DNA of 46,634 nt from Candidatus Aminicenantes bacterium (GCA_027318645.1 DAHVOV010000133.1:1-46634), one strand, 5' to 3'. Positions 18,413 through 28,650 are shown, counted from the stretch's first letter. The notes: generated by a model from the sequence alone, not told the origin. Made by a program: numbers and translations.

Positions 18413-19699
18413 TCAGTCCAGGTCCGCCTCGAACCCGATGCGCTGCCCGGCGACGAGCCGGTCGCACTCGATCGTCAGGACCGGGGCGTCGCCGCCGGCG
18501 GCGATGGTGAAGCCCTTGTTCTCCCCGGGGCGCAAGCCCTTCAGCGACTCGGCGGCGCGCACGCCGTTGACCGCGACCCAGGCATCGTAATAGATCGGCG
18601 CGATCCCCTGGTTCTCGACCGTGACCTGCGCGCTCGTGGTTGCGGCCCGGAAGGCGGTCACGCGGAAGCGGTAGCCGACGGCCATGCCGGCCTGGCGGAT
18701 GCGCTCCGCCGTCTGGAAGGACGGCTGGTCGTCGCCGATCATGTAGCTGACGTTGTACTGCGCCGCCATCTCCTCGAAGGAGATGCCGTACGGCCCCGAG
18801 GGGTCCAGGGCATGGCGCTGGTCGTACGCGGAGTAGTAGCTGAACTCGCCGCCGACCGGCGAGCGCAGCCGCTTCTCCTGGCCGAAGAAGGCGAAGCAGT
18901 CGTGGTTGTAGCCGCCGTGGTCGCGGCAGAGGAAGGAGTCGTCGAAGAGGCCGAAGGGGATCTGCTTGAGCTCCGGCGACGAGGCGAACGGCGCGCGGCT
19001 CGCGTCGGCGGCGTCGATCGAGACGCTCCAGTGCAGCGTCGGGAAGCCGGACTCCATCACGCGGAGGAGCTCCGCCTGGAACTCCTTGGACGGGAAGTTC
19101 ACCCCCAGCTCCTCGCCGGGGTCGTAGACGTGGTACTCGGCCCATAGGCCGAAGCCGACCTGCAGGAAGGCCAGCCGCGGGTCCCGGTCATAGCGCGCGG
19201 CGAAGCGGCGAAAAAACTCCTTGACGAAGTCCTGCAGCGCGGGATGCGACCAGTCGGGGAAGAAGGTCCACAGGCCCTCCGAGCGCGCCCGGCTCTCGCG
19301 GTAGTCCGGGAGACGCTTGAGGAAGGCCGGCAGGGCCGTGGCCCGGCCCGGGTAGGTGTCGAAGAAGCGCAGGATCGCCTGGTGGCGGTGGGAGGCGGCG
19401 CTGGCGAGCAGGCGCTCGACCCGGGCCCAGCTCCAGGTCTGCGGGTCGGCCTCGGCGGCCACCTCGTCGTAGCCGACGTAGGAATATTCGAGCTGGATAT
19501 AGTCGCGGGAGCTGAGCCGGTTGTCGTTCCAGAGGACGATGCCGGCCATGGGCTGGACGTCCCTGATCGAGGAATGCAGGGGCACGTCGCGATAGTCCGG
19601 CGGGGGAGCGGGGCCGTCGGGATCGCGGACGGAGCATGCCGCCGGCAGGAGCAGGGCGGCCAGCAGCAGCGCCAGGAGGCCGGCTTTCTCGTCCTTCAT
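18413..19699 (-). CDS. DUF4832-like lipoprotein (putative glycoside hydrolase fold)
   Basis: LLPAAC lipobox; LQVGFGLWAEYH, GLFDDSF, GGEFSYY, GYRFRV, N.GIAPIY. Confidence 0.7.
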   Translation of the reverse strand: MKDEKAGLLALLLAALLLPAACSVRDPDGPAPPPDYRDVPLHSSIRDVQPMAGIVLWNDNRLSSRDYIQLEYSYVGYDEVAAEADPQTWSWARVERLLASAASHRHQAILRFFDTYPGRATALPAFLKRLPDYRESRARSEGLWTFFPDWSHPALQDFVKEFFRRFAARYDRDPRLAFLQVGFGLWAEYHVYDPGEELGVNFPSKEFQAELLRVMESGFPTLHWSVSIDAADASRAPFASSPELKQIPFGLFDDSFLCRDHGGYNHDCFAFFGQEKRLRSPVGGEFSYYSAYDQRHALDPSGPYGISFEEMAAQYNVSYMIGDDQPSFQTAERIRQAGMAVGYRFRVTAFRAATTSAQVTVENQGIAPIYYDAWVAVNGVRAAESLKGLRPGENKGFTIAAGGDAPVLTIECDRLVAGQRIGFEADLD

Positions 19700-19801
19700 C
19701 CGTCCATGATAGCACAGGGCGCGGGAAAGGAGCGAGGGGGGCGCCGCGCCGCCGGGAACGGCCTCGCGCCGGGCAGCCGGCATGGACGCTTCATTCGCCC
19801 C

Positions 19802-19858
19802 TTGACGGGGGGCGTTGCCTGGATTATAATTTCGACCTAAAAACTAAAATGGTCGAAA
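19802..19858 (+). promoter_or_regulatory. sigma70 promoter with overlapping inverted-repeat operator (probable TetR site)
   Basis: TTGACG(19802-19807)-17 nt-TATAAT(19825-19830); TTTCGACC(19830-19837)-N13-GGTCGAAA(19851-19858). Confidence 0.8.
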
Positions 19859-19866
19859 GGACAATA

Positions 19867-20442
19867 ATGATGAAAAAGAAAGACCTGAGCCGGGAAGCGA
19901 TCCTGCGGGCCGCCGAGGCGCTCATCCAGAAATGGGGGATCCACAAGACCACGCTGGAGGATGTCGCCCGCGAGGCCGGGAAGGGCAAAAGCGCGATCTA
20001 TTACCATTTCCCCAACAAGGAGGCCCTGATCGAGGCCGTGGCCGTCGTGCAGGCCGAGCGGATCGTCGCCGCCGTGCGCCAGGAAGTGAAGCGGCAAGAG
20101 ACGGCCAAGGCCAAGCTCCTGGCCTACGTGACCACCGCCTTCCGCGAGACGCGGCGGGCCGCCGCCCTCTTCGAGATCGCCAAGGGCGAGCTGCGGGCCG
20201 ACCGGGCGCTGATCCAAAAAGTGATGGAAAGGTACCGGGCCCTGCAGGAGAAGGAGGTCGAGGAGATCCTGCGCTTCGGGAACCGGCGGAAGGAGTTCCG
20301 CAGCATCGGCGGCCGCGACGTCCATGCCGTCGCCCGGGCCGTGGTGACCGTCATGAGGAGCCTGATCCTGGACCTGTTCCTGGAGAGCGATGACCGGAAG
20401 AGCTTCGACCTGATCATCGAGATCCTCTCCGGCGGGCTATGA
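19867..20442 (+). CDS. TetR/AcrR family transcriptional regulator
   Basis: HTH TTLEDVAREAGKGKSAIYYHFPNKEAL; AAAGGA RBS; start 19867 or 19870. Confidence 0.92.
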   Translation: MMKKKDLSREAILRAAEALIQKWGIHKTTLEDVAREAGKGKSAIYYHFPNKEALIEAVAVVQAERIVAAVRQEVKRQETAKAKLLAYVTTAFRETRRAAALFEIAKGELRADRALIQKVMERYRALQEKEVEEILRFGNRRKEFRSIGGRDVHAVARAVVTVMRSLILDLFLESDDRKSFDLIIEILSGGL

Positions 20443-20496
20443 GCCGCGCATGAGCGCGGACCGCGAAACGGCATGTCGTTCGCGAAGGAGGATGGG

Positions 20497-21543
20497 ATGA
20501 GAACGAGAGCGAGAAAAATAGGCGGCGCCGTCCTGGTGATCGCCGTCCTGCTGGCTGGCTGCCGGGCGCGGCGCGGGGCGGAGGCCCCGACCCGGCCGGC
20601 GCGGGTCGTGGTCAGCCGGGTCGCCCCGGCCGAGGCGGGCCGGGAATTCGCCTACAGCGGCACCATGGCCGAATCGGAGACCCTGCCCCAGGGCTTCGCC
20701 GTGGCCGGGACCGTCACCCGCGTCCACGTCAACGAGGGCGACGTCGTCGCCCGGGGCGCGCTCCTGGCCGAGCTGGACGACGCGAACTTCCGCCAGGCCG
20801 CCGAGATGACCGCGGCGGCCGAGAAGCAGGCCGAGGACGCCTTCCAGCGCCTCTCGCGAATGTACCGGAACGGCAACCTCCCCGAGATCAAGTACGTCGA
20901 GGTCGAGACCGGCCTGCAGAAGGCCCGCGCCGCCGCCGCTATCGCCCGGAGGAACGTCGCCGACTGCCGCCTGCGCGCCAGCGCTTCCGGCTACGTCGGC
21001 AGGCGGGCCGTCGACCCGGGCATGACGGCCGTTCCCGGGCTGGCCGCGATCACCGTCGTCCGCATCGACAAGGTCTTCGCCCGCGTCCCCGTGCCGGAGA
21101 ACGACCTCCCCCTGCTTCATGAGGGCGGCCCGGCCGCGATCCGCATCGGCGCCCTGGGCGGGCGGGAGTTCGCGGGCCGCATCGAGGACATCGGCGTCGT
21201 CGCCGACCCGCTGGCCCACTCCTACAAGGTGCGCATCGCCGTCGCCAATCCCGACCGGGCCATCAAGCCCGGCATGGTCTGCACGGCGGTCGTCAAGGGG
21301 CTGGAGAGGAGCAGCGGGCTGGTCATCCCCAACCGGGCCGTCCTGGTCGACGAGACCGGCCGCCACTACGTCTATTGCCTCGACGCGGCCGGCGCCAGGG
21401 CCTTCGTGCGCACCGTCCGGCTCGGCGAGCTGCTGCAGAACGGCATCCGCATCACGGAGGGGCTGACCGCGGGGGACGCGGTCGTCGTCTACGGCCAGCA
21501 CAAGCTCGTCGACGGTGCGGCCGTCCAGGCCGTCGAACGGTAG
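20497..21543 (+). CDS. RND efflux periplasmic adaptor (MFP), lipoprotein
   Basis: LLAGC lipobox; GTVTRVHVNEGD lipoyl half; IKPGM; AAGGAGG RBS. Confidence 0.9.
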   Translation: MRTRARKIGGAVLVIAVLLAGCRARRGAEAPTRPARVVVSRVAPAEAGREFAYSGTMAESETLPQGFAVAGTVTRVHVNEGDVVARGALLAELDDANFRQAAEMTAAAEKQAEDAFQRLSRMYRNGNLPEIKYVEVETGLQKARAAAAIARRNVADCRLRASASGYVGRRAVDPGMTAVPGLAAITVVRIDKVFARVPVPENDLPLLHEGGPAAIRIGALGGREFAGRIEDIGVVADPLAHSYKVRIAVANPDRAIKPGMVCTAVVKGLERSSGLVIPNRAVLVDETGRHYVYCLDAAGARAFVRTVRLGELLQNGIRITEGLTAGDAVVVYGQHKLVDGAAVQAVER

Positions 21544-21564
21544 AGCCGGCAAGGGAGCTCCCCC

Positions 21565-24500
21565 ATGACGGAAAAGAAGCGCCAGCTGATCGACGTCCTG
21601 CTGCGCTACCAGCAGCCGGTCGCCGTGCTCGTCGTGATCCTGATCGTCGCCGGGGTCGTCGCCCTGGTCAAGATGCCCCGGGACGAGTTCCCCGAGATCA
21701 AGGTCCGCCAGGGGATCATCGTGGGCGTCTATCCCGGCGCCTCCGCGGAGCAGGTCGAGGCCGAGGTCACCGACAAGGTGGAAAAGTACCTTTTTCAGTA
21801 CAAGTCGGTCCGGCGCTCCCGGACGCACTCGCTGTCCCGCGAGAACGTGATGATCGTCTATGTCGAGGTCGCGGAGGACGAGAAGGACCCCGACGGCTTC
21901 TGGCTGAAGCTCCGCCACGGCCTGAACGAGCTCAAGCCCCAGCTTCCCGCGGGCCTGATATCGCTCACCGCCGACAACGACTTCGGCAACACCTCGGCGC
22001 TGCTGCTGTCGGTGCGCTCCGACGGCAAGACCTACCGGCAGCTGGAGGACTGCATCCGGCGGCTGGAGAGCGACGTCCGCCGCGTCCCCTCGGTTTCCCG
22101 CGTCAAGCGCTACGGCGCCCAGAGGGAGGAGATCGGCGTCTATCTCGACAACGCCCGGCTGGCCCGCTACGGCATCCGGCCCCTGACCCTGGCCGCCGCC
22201 ATCATCCCCCAGAGCGGGGCCGGCTACGCCGGCGAACTGGACGACGGCCGGCTCGTCCGCCCCCTGCACGTTCCCGCCAGCTACCGGACGGAGAACGACC
22301 TGGCCGAGCAGATCGTCTACGCCGATCCCCTCGGCACGGTCGTGCGCCTGAAGGACGTGGCGCGCGTCGTCCGCGAGTACGAGGAGCCGCAGTCGGCCGT
22401 CCGGGTCAACGGCAAGAAGTGCCTGGTCGTCTCGCTGGAGATGCAGGGCGGGAACAACATCGTGGACTTCGGCCGGGACGTCGGCCGGGTGATCGCCGGC
22501 TTCCGCAGGACCCTCCCCGCCGACGTCAAGGTCGATATCATCTCCAACATCCCCGAGGCGGTGGCCCGCTCCATCGGCAGCTTCCTGAGGGAATTCGCCA
22601 TCGCCATCCTGTCGGTCATCGCCGTGACCCTGATCCTGCTTCCCGGCCGCGTGGCCCTGGCCGCGGCCGCGACCATCCCGATCACCATCCTGTCCACCCT
22701 GGGCATCCTGTGGGCCTTCGGCATCGACCTGCAGACGGTCTCCCTGGCGTCGCTCATCCTGGTCCTGGGGCTGGTCGTCGACGATCCCATCGTCATCATC
22801 GACAACTACGTCGAGAAGCTCGACCTGGGCCTCGACCGCCGCGCGGCGGCGTCGCTCAGCGTCAGGGAGCTCTTCCCCTCGGTCTTCGCGGCCACCGTCA
22901 TCATCATCTGCTGCTTCGTGCCCATGCGCTTCTTCCTGTCCGGCATGGCCGGCGACTTCATCCGCTCCATGCCGCCGACGGTCATCACCTCCCTGACCGC
23001 CTCGCTGCTGGCCGCCTCGCTGCTGACCCCGCTCATGTGCTTCCGCTTCATCCGCCAGGGCGTGCGCGTCAACCGGACCGGCCGCAAGGCCGCCTTCCTG
23101 TCCGGGCTGCAGCGGCATTACGACCGCATCGTGGAGAGGGTCTTCAAGAGGAAGGCGCTGGTCATCGCCGCCAGCGCCGTCTCCTTCGCCGCCGGCCTGG
23201 CCATCATCTTCATGGTCCCCACCCAGCCCTTCCCCAAGATCGAGCGCAACCAGTTCGCGGTCGAGGTCACGCTGCCCGCGGGGAGCTCGCTGCAGGAGAC
23301 CGACGCCGTGATGCGGGACCTCGAGGGACAGCTGATGAAGGACGCCCGGGTCAAGGTGGTGACCGCCTTCGTCGGCACCAGCTCGCCGCGCTTTCATTCC
23401 ATCTATGCCCCGCGCTTTCCCTCGCGGGACCTCGGCCAGCTGGTCGTCCTGACCCGTTCCAACCAGGACACCCTGGACATCCTCGACGAATACAGCCGGA
23501 ATTTCGCCGGCCGCTACCCGTCGGCCGAGGTCAAGTGGAAGCAGCTGGAGCTGGTCAACTTCGTCGAGCCGATCGAGGTGCGCATCAGCGGCGACGACAT
23601 CCGCGACCTGAAGGCGACCGCCGGCAAGGTGGCGGCCATCCTCCGGGCGGCCCGGGGCGTGGACCTGGTGCGCAGCGACTTCCGGCAGCCGCTCCAGGGC
23701 GTGGACGTGAAGGTCCGCAAGGACGAGGCCAACCGGCTGGGCTTTCCCCGGGCCATGTTCGGCTATTCGCTCATGACCGGCACCAAGGGGCTGCCCGCGG
23801 CCACGGTCTGGGAGGGCGATTACCCGCTGCCGGTGCGGCTGAAGTTCGAGGGCATGGCGCATGCCGGCCCGGCCGACCTGGAGAACCTCTACCTCACCTC
23901 GCCCCTCCTGGGAGCCTCGGTGCCGCTCCGCCAGCTGGCCGAGCTCCGCCCCTCATGGAGCGAGGGCGACATCGTCCGCCGCAACGGGGTGCGGACGCTG
24001 AGCGTGCTGGCCGAGGTGGAGCGGGGCGTGTACGCGTCCGCCGTCACCCGCAAGGTGAAGCCGCTGATCGACGGCCTGGACCTCCCCGACGGCGTCCGCA
24101 TCGAATACGGCGGCGAGCTGGAGATGAGCCGGGACTACTTCACGCCCTTCTATTACGCCATGATCGTCACCATCATCCTGATCTTCCTCATCCTGATGTT
24201 CGAGTTCCGCAGCCTGAAGAAGTCGCTCCTGATCATGATCATCATGCCCCTGACCCTCTTCGGCGCCGCCTTCGGCATCCTGGTGACGGGCTACCCGTTC
24301 AGCGTCACCGCCTTCATCGGGCTGATCGCCCTGTTCGGCATCGTCGTCCGCAACGGCATCATCTACGTCCAGTACGCCGATGAGCTCCGCCGCGAGCAGG
24401 GGTGCGGGGCGGAGGAGGCGGCCATCGCCGCCGGCAAGCGCCGCATGCGGCCGATCTTCCTGACCGCCATGGCCGCCGCCGTCGGCGTCGTGCCCATGAT

Positions 24501-24654
24501 CCTGAGCGGCTCCTCCCTGTGGGGGCCGCTGGGCTCGGTCATCTGCTTCGGCCTGCTCTTCGCCCTCGTCCTCTCCCTGCTCATCCTGCCGATCCTGTAC
24601 TATCTTCTGCATCGGAACGAGCCCGTGGCCCATGGGAAGGGGGAACCCGCATGA
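21565..24654 (+). CDS. RND efflux permease (AcrB/AcrD/AcrF family)
   Basis: 1029 aa; YPGASAEQVE, GLVVDD, GIVVRNGI, RMRPIFLT. Confidence 0.95.
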   Translation: MTEKKRQLIDVLLRYQQPVAVLVVILIVAGVVALVKMPRDEFPEIKVRQGIIVGVYPGASAEQVEAEVTDKVEKYLFQYKSVRRSRTHSLSRENVMIVYVEVAEDEKDPDGFWLKLRHGLNELKPQLPAGLISLTADNDFGNTSALLLSVRSDGKTYRQLEDCIRRLESDVRRVPSVSRVKRYGAQREEIGVYLDNARLARYGIRPLTLAAAIIPQSGAGYAGELDDGRLVRPLHVPASYRTENDLAEQIVYADPLGTVVRLKDVARVVREYEEPQSAVRVNGKKCLVVSLEMQGGNNIVDFGRDVGRVIAGFRRTLPADVKVDIISNIPEAVARSIGSFLREFAIAILSVIAVTLILLPGRVALAAAATIPITILSTLGILWAFGIDLQTVSLASLILVLGLVVDDPIVIIDNYVEKLDLGLDRRAAASLSVRELFPSVFAATVIIICCFVPMRFFLSGMAGDFIRSMPPTVITSLTASLLAASLLTPLMCFRFIRQGVRVNRTGRKAAFLSGLQRHYDRIVERVFKRKALVIAASAVSFAAGLAIIFMVPTQPFPKIERNQFAVEVTLPAGSSLQETDAVMRDLEGQLMKDARVKVVTAFVGTSSPRFHSIYAPRFPSRDLGQLVVLTRSNQDTLDILDEYSRNFAGRYPSAEVKWKQLELVNFVEPIEVRISGDDIRDLKATAGKVAAILRAARGVDLVRSDFRQPLQGVDVKVRKDEANRLGFPRAMFGYSLMTGTKGLPAATVWEGDYPLPVRLKFEGMAHAGPADLENLYLTSPLLGASVPLRQLAELRPSWSEGDIVRRNGVRTLSVLAEVERGVYASAVTRKVKPLIDGLDLPDGVRIEYGGELEMSRDYFTPFYYAMIVTIILIFLILMFEFRSLKKSLLIMIIMPLTLFGAAFGILVTGYPFSVTAFIGLIALFGIVVRNGIIYVQYADELRREQGCGAEEAAIAAGKRRMRPIFLTAMAAAVGVVPMILSGSSLWGPLGSVICFGLLFALVLSLLILPILYYLLHRNEPVAHGKGEPA

Positions 24655-25997
24655 ACAAGACACCGCTCATCTGCGCGGCGGCATGGCTGCTGGCGGCCGG
24701 CGCGCTCCTGCCCGCGGAGAAACTGACGCTCGAGCAGAGCCGGCGCCTGGCCCTGGAGAACAACGCCGGCATCCGCAACAGCCGCCTGGAGGCCGAGGCC
24801 GCCCGCGAGGCGAAACAAGCGGCCTTCACGAAGTTCTTTCCCGCGCTGAGCGCCGGCGGGGCCTCGTTCAAGGCCGACAAGCCGCTTTTCCAGTTCACCA
24901 TCGAGGGCGGCAACCTGCCGGTCTACGACGGCAACCCGGCCCACCTGCCCTTCGCCACCCAGTTCGCCTATTTCCCCTCCTCGTCGATCGGCATGTTCGG
25001 CAAGGGGACCTTCGGGCTGCTCAACGCCGTCCAGCCGGTCTTCGCCGGCGGGCGCATCGTCAACGGCAACAGGCTGGCCGCCCTCGGCGTCGAGGCCGGC
25101 GGCTACAAGGAGCGGCTGGCCCGCAGCGAGGCGCTCCTCTCCACCGAGGAGCAATACTGGCGGGTGGTCGCCCTGGAGCAGAAGCTGCAGACGGCCGCCG
25201 CCTACGAGGATCTCCTCCGGCGCCTGCAGGTCAAGGTCGAGGCGGCCTATGAGGCCGGCCTGGCGACGAAGAACGAGGTCCTGAAGGTCAGGCTGAAGCT
25301 CGCCGAGCTGATGGTCAACCGCTCCAAGCTCCGCAACGGCCGCGAGATCTCGGCCATGGCCCTCTGCCAGCACATCGGCATCCCCTACGACCCGCCGCTC
25401 GAGCTGGAGGCGGCGCCCCCGGCCGACGGCCCCCCCGATTCCTTCAAGGCCGACCACCGGGCCGTGCTGCCGGCGCGGCCGGAATACAAGCTGCTGCAGG
25501 CGGCCGTCCGCGCGGAGGGCCTGCAGAGCCGGCTGAAGCTCGGCGAATTCCTGCCCCAGGCGGGCATCGGCCTGGCCGGCATCTACATGAAGGCCGACGA
25601 CGCCAAGGGGACCACCAACGGCATGGTCTACGGGAGCGTCTCGGTCCCGCTTTCCGGCTGGTGGGAAGCCGCCCATGCCATGGGCGAGCGCAAGGCCCGC
25701 GAGAGGATCGCCCGCAACAACCTCCAGGACAGGTCCGAGGCGCTGCTCATCCAGATGGAGAAGGCCTGGCAGGACCTGAACGACGCGGCGAAGCTGGTCC
25801 AACTGGCGCAGGCGGCCCTGGCCCAGGCCGAGGAGAACCTCAAGGTCAACGAGGACAGCTTCGAGAACGGCCTGAGCGACGTGTCCGATCTCCTGGAAGC
25901 CCAGGCCATGAGGCAGCAGGCCCTTGACCAGGCGACCGACGCGGCCGTCGCGTACCGCCTGAAGGTGGTCGGCTACCTGGCGGTGACGGGACGCTGA
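24651..25997 (+). CDS. TolC family outer-membrane efflux protein
   Basis: ATGA overlap with permease; signal peptide; QPVFAGG, RPEYK, FENG...DLLEAQ. Confidence 0.9.
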   Translation: MNKTPLICAAAWLLAAGALLPAEKLTLEQSRRLALENNAGIRNSRLEAEAAREAKQAAFTKFFPALSAGGASFKADKPLFQFTIEGGNLPVYDGNPAHLPFATQFAYFPSSSIGMFGKGTFGLLNAVQPVFAGGRIVNGNRLAALGVEAGGYKERLARSEALLSTEEQYWRVVALEQKLQTAAAYEDLLRRLQVKVEAAYEAGLATKNEVLKVRLKLAELMVNRSKLRNGREISAMALCQHIGIPYDPPLELEAAPPADGPPDSFKADHRAVLPARPEYKLLQAAVRAEGLQSRLKLGEFLPQAGIGLAGIYMKADDAKGTTNGMVYGSVSVPLSGWWEAAHAMGERKARERIARNNLQDRSEALLIQMEKAWQDLNDAAKLVQLAQAALAQAEENLKVNEDSFENGLSDVSDLLEAQAMRQQALDQATDAAVAYRLKVVGYLAVTGR

Positions 25998-26017
25998 GCG
26001 ACGACGCGGGCGACCGC

Positions 26018-26046
26018 TTGACTTCAGGAGGGGGAGCGGATAGTCT
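26018..26046 (+). promoter_or_regulatory. sigma70 promoter (leaderless) for EndoU-YacL pair
   Basis: TTGACT-17 nt-TAGTCT, then 6 nt to ATG26053. Confidence 0.65.
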
Positions 26047-26052
26047 CCGGCC

Positions 26053-26565
26053 ATGAAACGTGGTCCCGTCCTGCTGGTCCTGCTGGCGCTGCTGCCGGGG
26101 CTGGTTCTGGCCGGGCCGGGACTGCGCCTGCCGGGACCCGGCGCGGCCGGCGAGCGGAGGATCGACCACCGTGTCCGCGTCTGGTCCGACACCACGCCGC
26201 CGATCAACCTGACCCACCTCTTCGCCGGCGAGATCAACCGCCGCGGCAAGCCGGTCGGCTTCCACTCCCGCCCCGGCGGCGTCGACCCCCATGGCAGCGG
26301 CGTGGCGCGCGTCATCGACCGCCCCGGTCGCTCCGGCGTCTACACCGCCGTGGTCTGGATCGGGCGGCGCGGCCGCACCAAGTTCTCGACCTTTTATCCC
26401 GACCGGCTGACGCGGGCGCAGGTGATCGCCGCCGTCCTGGGCGCCTTCCGCAAGGGGCGGCGCAGCGGCGAGAGCTTCCGCGGCCCGTCGGGGCTCGGAT
26501 TCACCATCGAGGGGTATTTCCAGGGCGGTCGCATCCAGACGGCCTATCCTGTCTATTCCCGCTGA
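26053..26565 (+). CDS. Secreted bacterial EndoU-domain ribonuclease
   Basis: Signal peptide; THLFAGEIN..G..VGFHS, KFSTFYP, IEGY...IQTAYP. Confidence 0.82.
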   Translation: MKRGPVLLVLLALLPGLVLAGPGLRLPGPGAAGERRIDHRVRVWSDTTPPINLTHLFAGEINRRGKPVGFHSRPGGVDPHGSGVARVIDRPGRSGVYTAVVWIGRRGRTKFSTFYPDRLTRAQVIAAVLGAFRKGRRSGESFRGPSGLGFTIEGYFQGGRIQTAYPVYSR

Positions 26566-26576
26566 GAGGAGCAGCC

Positions 26577-26915
26577 ATGGCCTACCGATTCTTCCGCGAC
26601 GATGACGGCGACCTCAGGGCGGCGACCGGCCGCGAGCGGCGCCTGCTCGGCCGCTTCCTCGAGGCCGACATCCAGGGCAGCCGCGCCCTGTGCGACGAGG
26701 CGCTGGCGGCGCTCGCCGGCGTTCTTGCCGGACGCAGGAAGCGCTGGGAGATGACCGGCAACGCCCACACGCTCTCGGCGGGGAAAAGGACCTCGCGCAT
26801 CCATGCCGAAACGGGCCGCGCCGCCGACCTGGTGCTGCCGACCTGCGAGCTGCGCCTGGCGCTGCTGGAGTGGCGGCTGCTGCTCGGCGTCCAGCAGGCA
26901 AGGCGTTCGCGCTAG
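26577..26915 (+). CDS. YacL/UPF0231-like protein, candidate EndoU immunity protein
   Basis: GAGGAG RBS 11 nt after EndoU stop; MxYxFxRDxxG, GRFLEADIQ, WxxxGNxxTL pattern as recalled for YacL. Confidence 0.65.
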   Translation: MAYRFFRDDDGDLRAATGRERRLLGRFLEADIQGSRALCDEALAALAGVLAGRRKRWEMTGNAHTLSAGKRTSRIHAETGRAADLVLPTCELRLALLEWRLLLGVQQARRSR

Positions 26916-27029
26916 GGAGCCGCGTCGGCGGCACTGCCGCCCGGACCGGCAGCACGCCGCCTTGTCGTGCGAGTGAGATATTCCCCTCGTTCTCGCATAG
27001 AATCACCTGGCAGCAATGTGGAGATGAAC

Positions 27030-28424
27030 ATGAAAAAGAACTTGTTTTTTTGCCTGATCGCGCTGGCCGGACTGAGCGGCCTCCTGCTTCCCGCCGCCTC
27101 CATCACGGTGACCAGCCCCGTGGCCGGGGAAACACTGCGCACGGGATGCGTGGCCACGATCCGCTGGACGGCCACCGATGTCGCGGGCGACGTGCGCATC
27201 GCGCTCTACCGCGGCGTCGGCGGCGACCGGCTGGGGCTCATCGAGAACCGCATCCCCGCCGCCGCCGGGTCCTTCTCATGGACGGTGGGGGAGCTGGGCT
27301 CCGGCAGCGCCGGGAGCGGCGACGACTACCGCATCCATGTCGTCGAGATCCTCGGCGCGACCACGGGCCAGAGCGGGGCCTTCTCGATCACGCCTGCGGC
27401 GCCGATGCTTCACGTCATCAGCCCCAACGGCGGCGAGGCCCTTGTCATCGGCGCGGACGGCGGGGTGCGCTACGAGTATTCCAACCTTCCCGGCCGGGAC
27501 CTGGTCCTGGAGCTGTACCGCGGCGGCACGGCAGCGGCCAACCGCGTGGGCCGGCTCTACCCCGACGCCCAGTCCGGGCATTCTCCCTGCGGCAGCTCCT
27601 TCCTGGCCTGGCACAATGGCTACGTCAGCGGGACCTATGCCGCCGAGGGCCGGAACGCCTACTATGTCCGGGTCATGACCCCGGACGGCAGCCTGTCCGA
27701 TTTCAGCGACGCCCCCTTCTCCCTGGCCGCGCCGCCGGCGGAGGAGCCGGCGGAAGAACCTTCCGCGTCCGCCGGCTCGATCACCATCTCGTCGCCGCTG
27801 GCGCCCCTGACCCTCAGCCACGACTTTTCGCTGGGCTGGAACGCCCGCAACATCGACGGCGAGCTGGTGATCAACGTGCTGCGCGAGGCGGGCGGCACCT
27901 GGACCATCGCCACCAGCGTCGATCCCGGCCGGGCCTACGGCCGCTTCCACTGGATCGTCGGCCAGCTGCCGAACCGCAATTCATCCTTCCCGCCCGTGGC
28001 GGGGCAGCGCTTCCGCTTCCAGATCAGCGGCCGGGGCAGCGACGGCCGGGCCGTGATCGCCACCGGGCGCTGGTTCGAGATCGTCTCCCCGGGGATCAGC
28101 GTGTCCGAGCCCCACGCCAACGAGCGCCTGGAGCGCGGCGGCCACAAGACCATCATGTGGAGCGCGCCCGCCCTCCATGGCGGGGTGCACATCGAGGCCT
28201 ACTACCGCCCCAGCGGCGGGGCCTCGTTCTCGAAGTACTCGCGCCTCTTCGAGGATGTCGCCAACAACGGCCACCGCACCTGGAACATTTGGGGTCGCCC
28301 CCACGGCATGACCGGCTCGATCGACGGCCCGCCCTCGGGGAACGGCGTCCGCTGGCACATCCGCGTGATCTCGGCCCGCTGCCCCTGGATCTTCGCCGAA
28401 GGCCCCGAGTTCATCCTGGAGTGA
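27030..28424 (+). CDS. Secreted protein with about four tandem Kre9/GPI-type Ig-like domains
   Basis: Signal peptide; repeats ITVTSP..GE / VISPNGGE / ITISSP / ISVSEP..NE, each followed by W-containing strands. Confidence 0.7.
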   Translation: MKKNLFFCLIALAGLSGLLLPAASITVTSPVAGETLRTGCVATIRWTATDVAGDVRIALYRGVGGDRLGLIENRIPAAAGSFSWTVGELGSGSAGSGDDYRIHVVEILGATTGQSGAFSITPAAPMLHVISPNGGEALVIGADGGVRYEYSNLPGRDLVLELYRGGTAAANRVGRLYPDAQSGHSPCGSSFLAWHNGYVSGTYAAEGRNAYYVRVMTPDGSLSDFSDAPFSLAAPPAEEPAEEPSASAGSITISSPLAPLTLSHDFSLGWNARNIDGELVINVLREAGGTWTIATSVDPGRAYGRFHWIVGQLPNRNSSFPPVAGQRFRFQISGRGSDGRAVIATGRWFEIVSPGISVSEPHANERLERGGHKTIMWSAPALHGGVHIEAYYRPSGGASFSKYSRLFEDVANNGHRTWNIWGRPHGMTGSIDGPPSGNGVRWHIRVISARCPWIFAEGPEFILE

Positions 28425-28591
28425 GCGGCGGCCCCGGCCCTTGCCGGGGAACCGTCCGGGCGAACTCCCGCGCGGCACGCCGGCGCCGCCCGGCGAGACG
28501 CCGGCCTGAAGACGTTTTTTCGCTCCTGATCGCGCGAAGGGTCAGGGGGGATCCACCCGAGTACCATGGCCCGCTGGCGGGCCGAGGCAGC

Positions 28592-28628
28592 AAAAAAAAG
28601 CCGCTCCGGAACGCTCCCGGAGCGGCTT
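28592..28628 (-). terminator. Rho-independent terminator
   Basis: AAGCCGCTCCGG/CCGGAGCGGCTT stem followed by T8 on minus strand, just after the stop at 28651. Confidence 0.85.
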
Positions 28629-28650
28629 GGGCAATGGCGCGGCGAAACGC

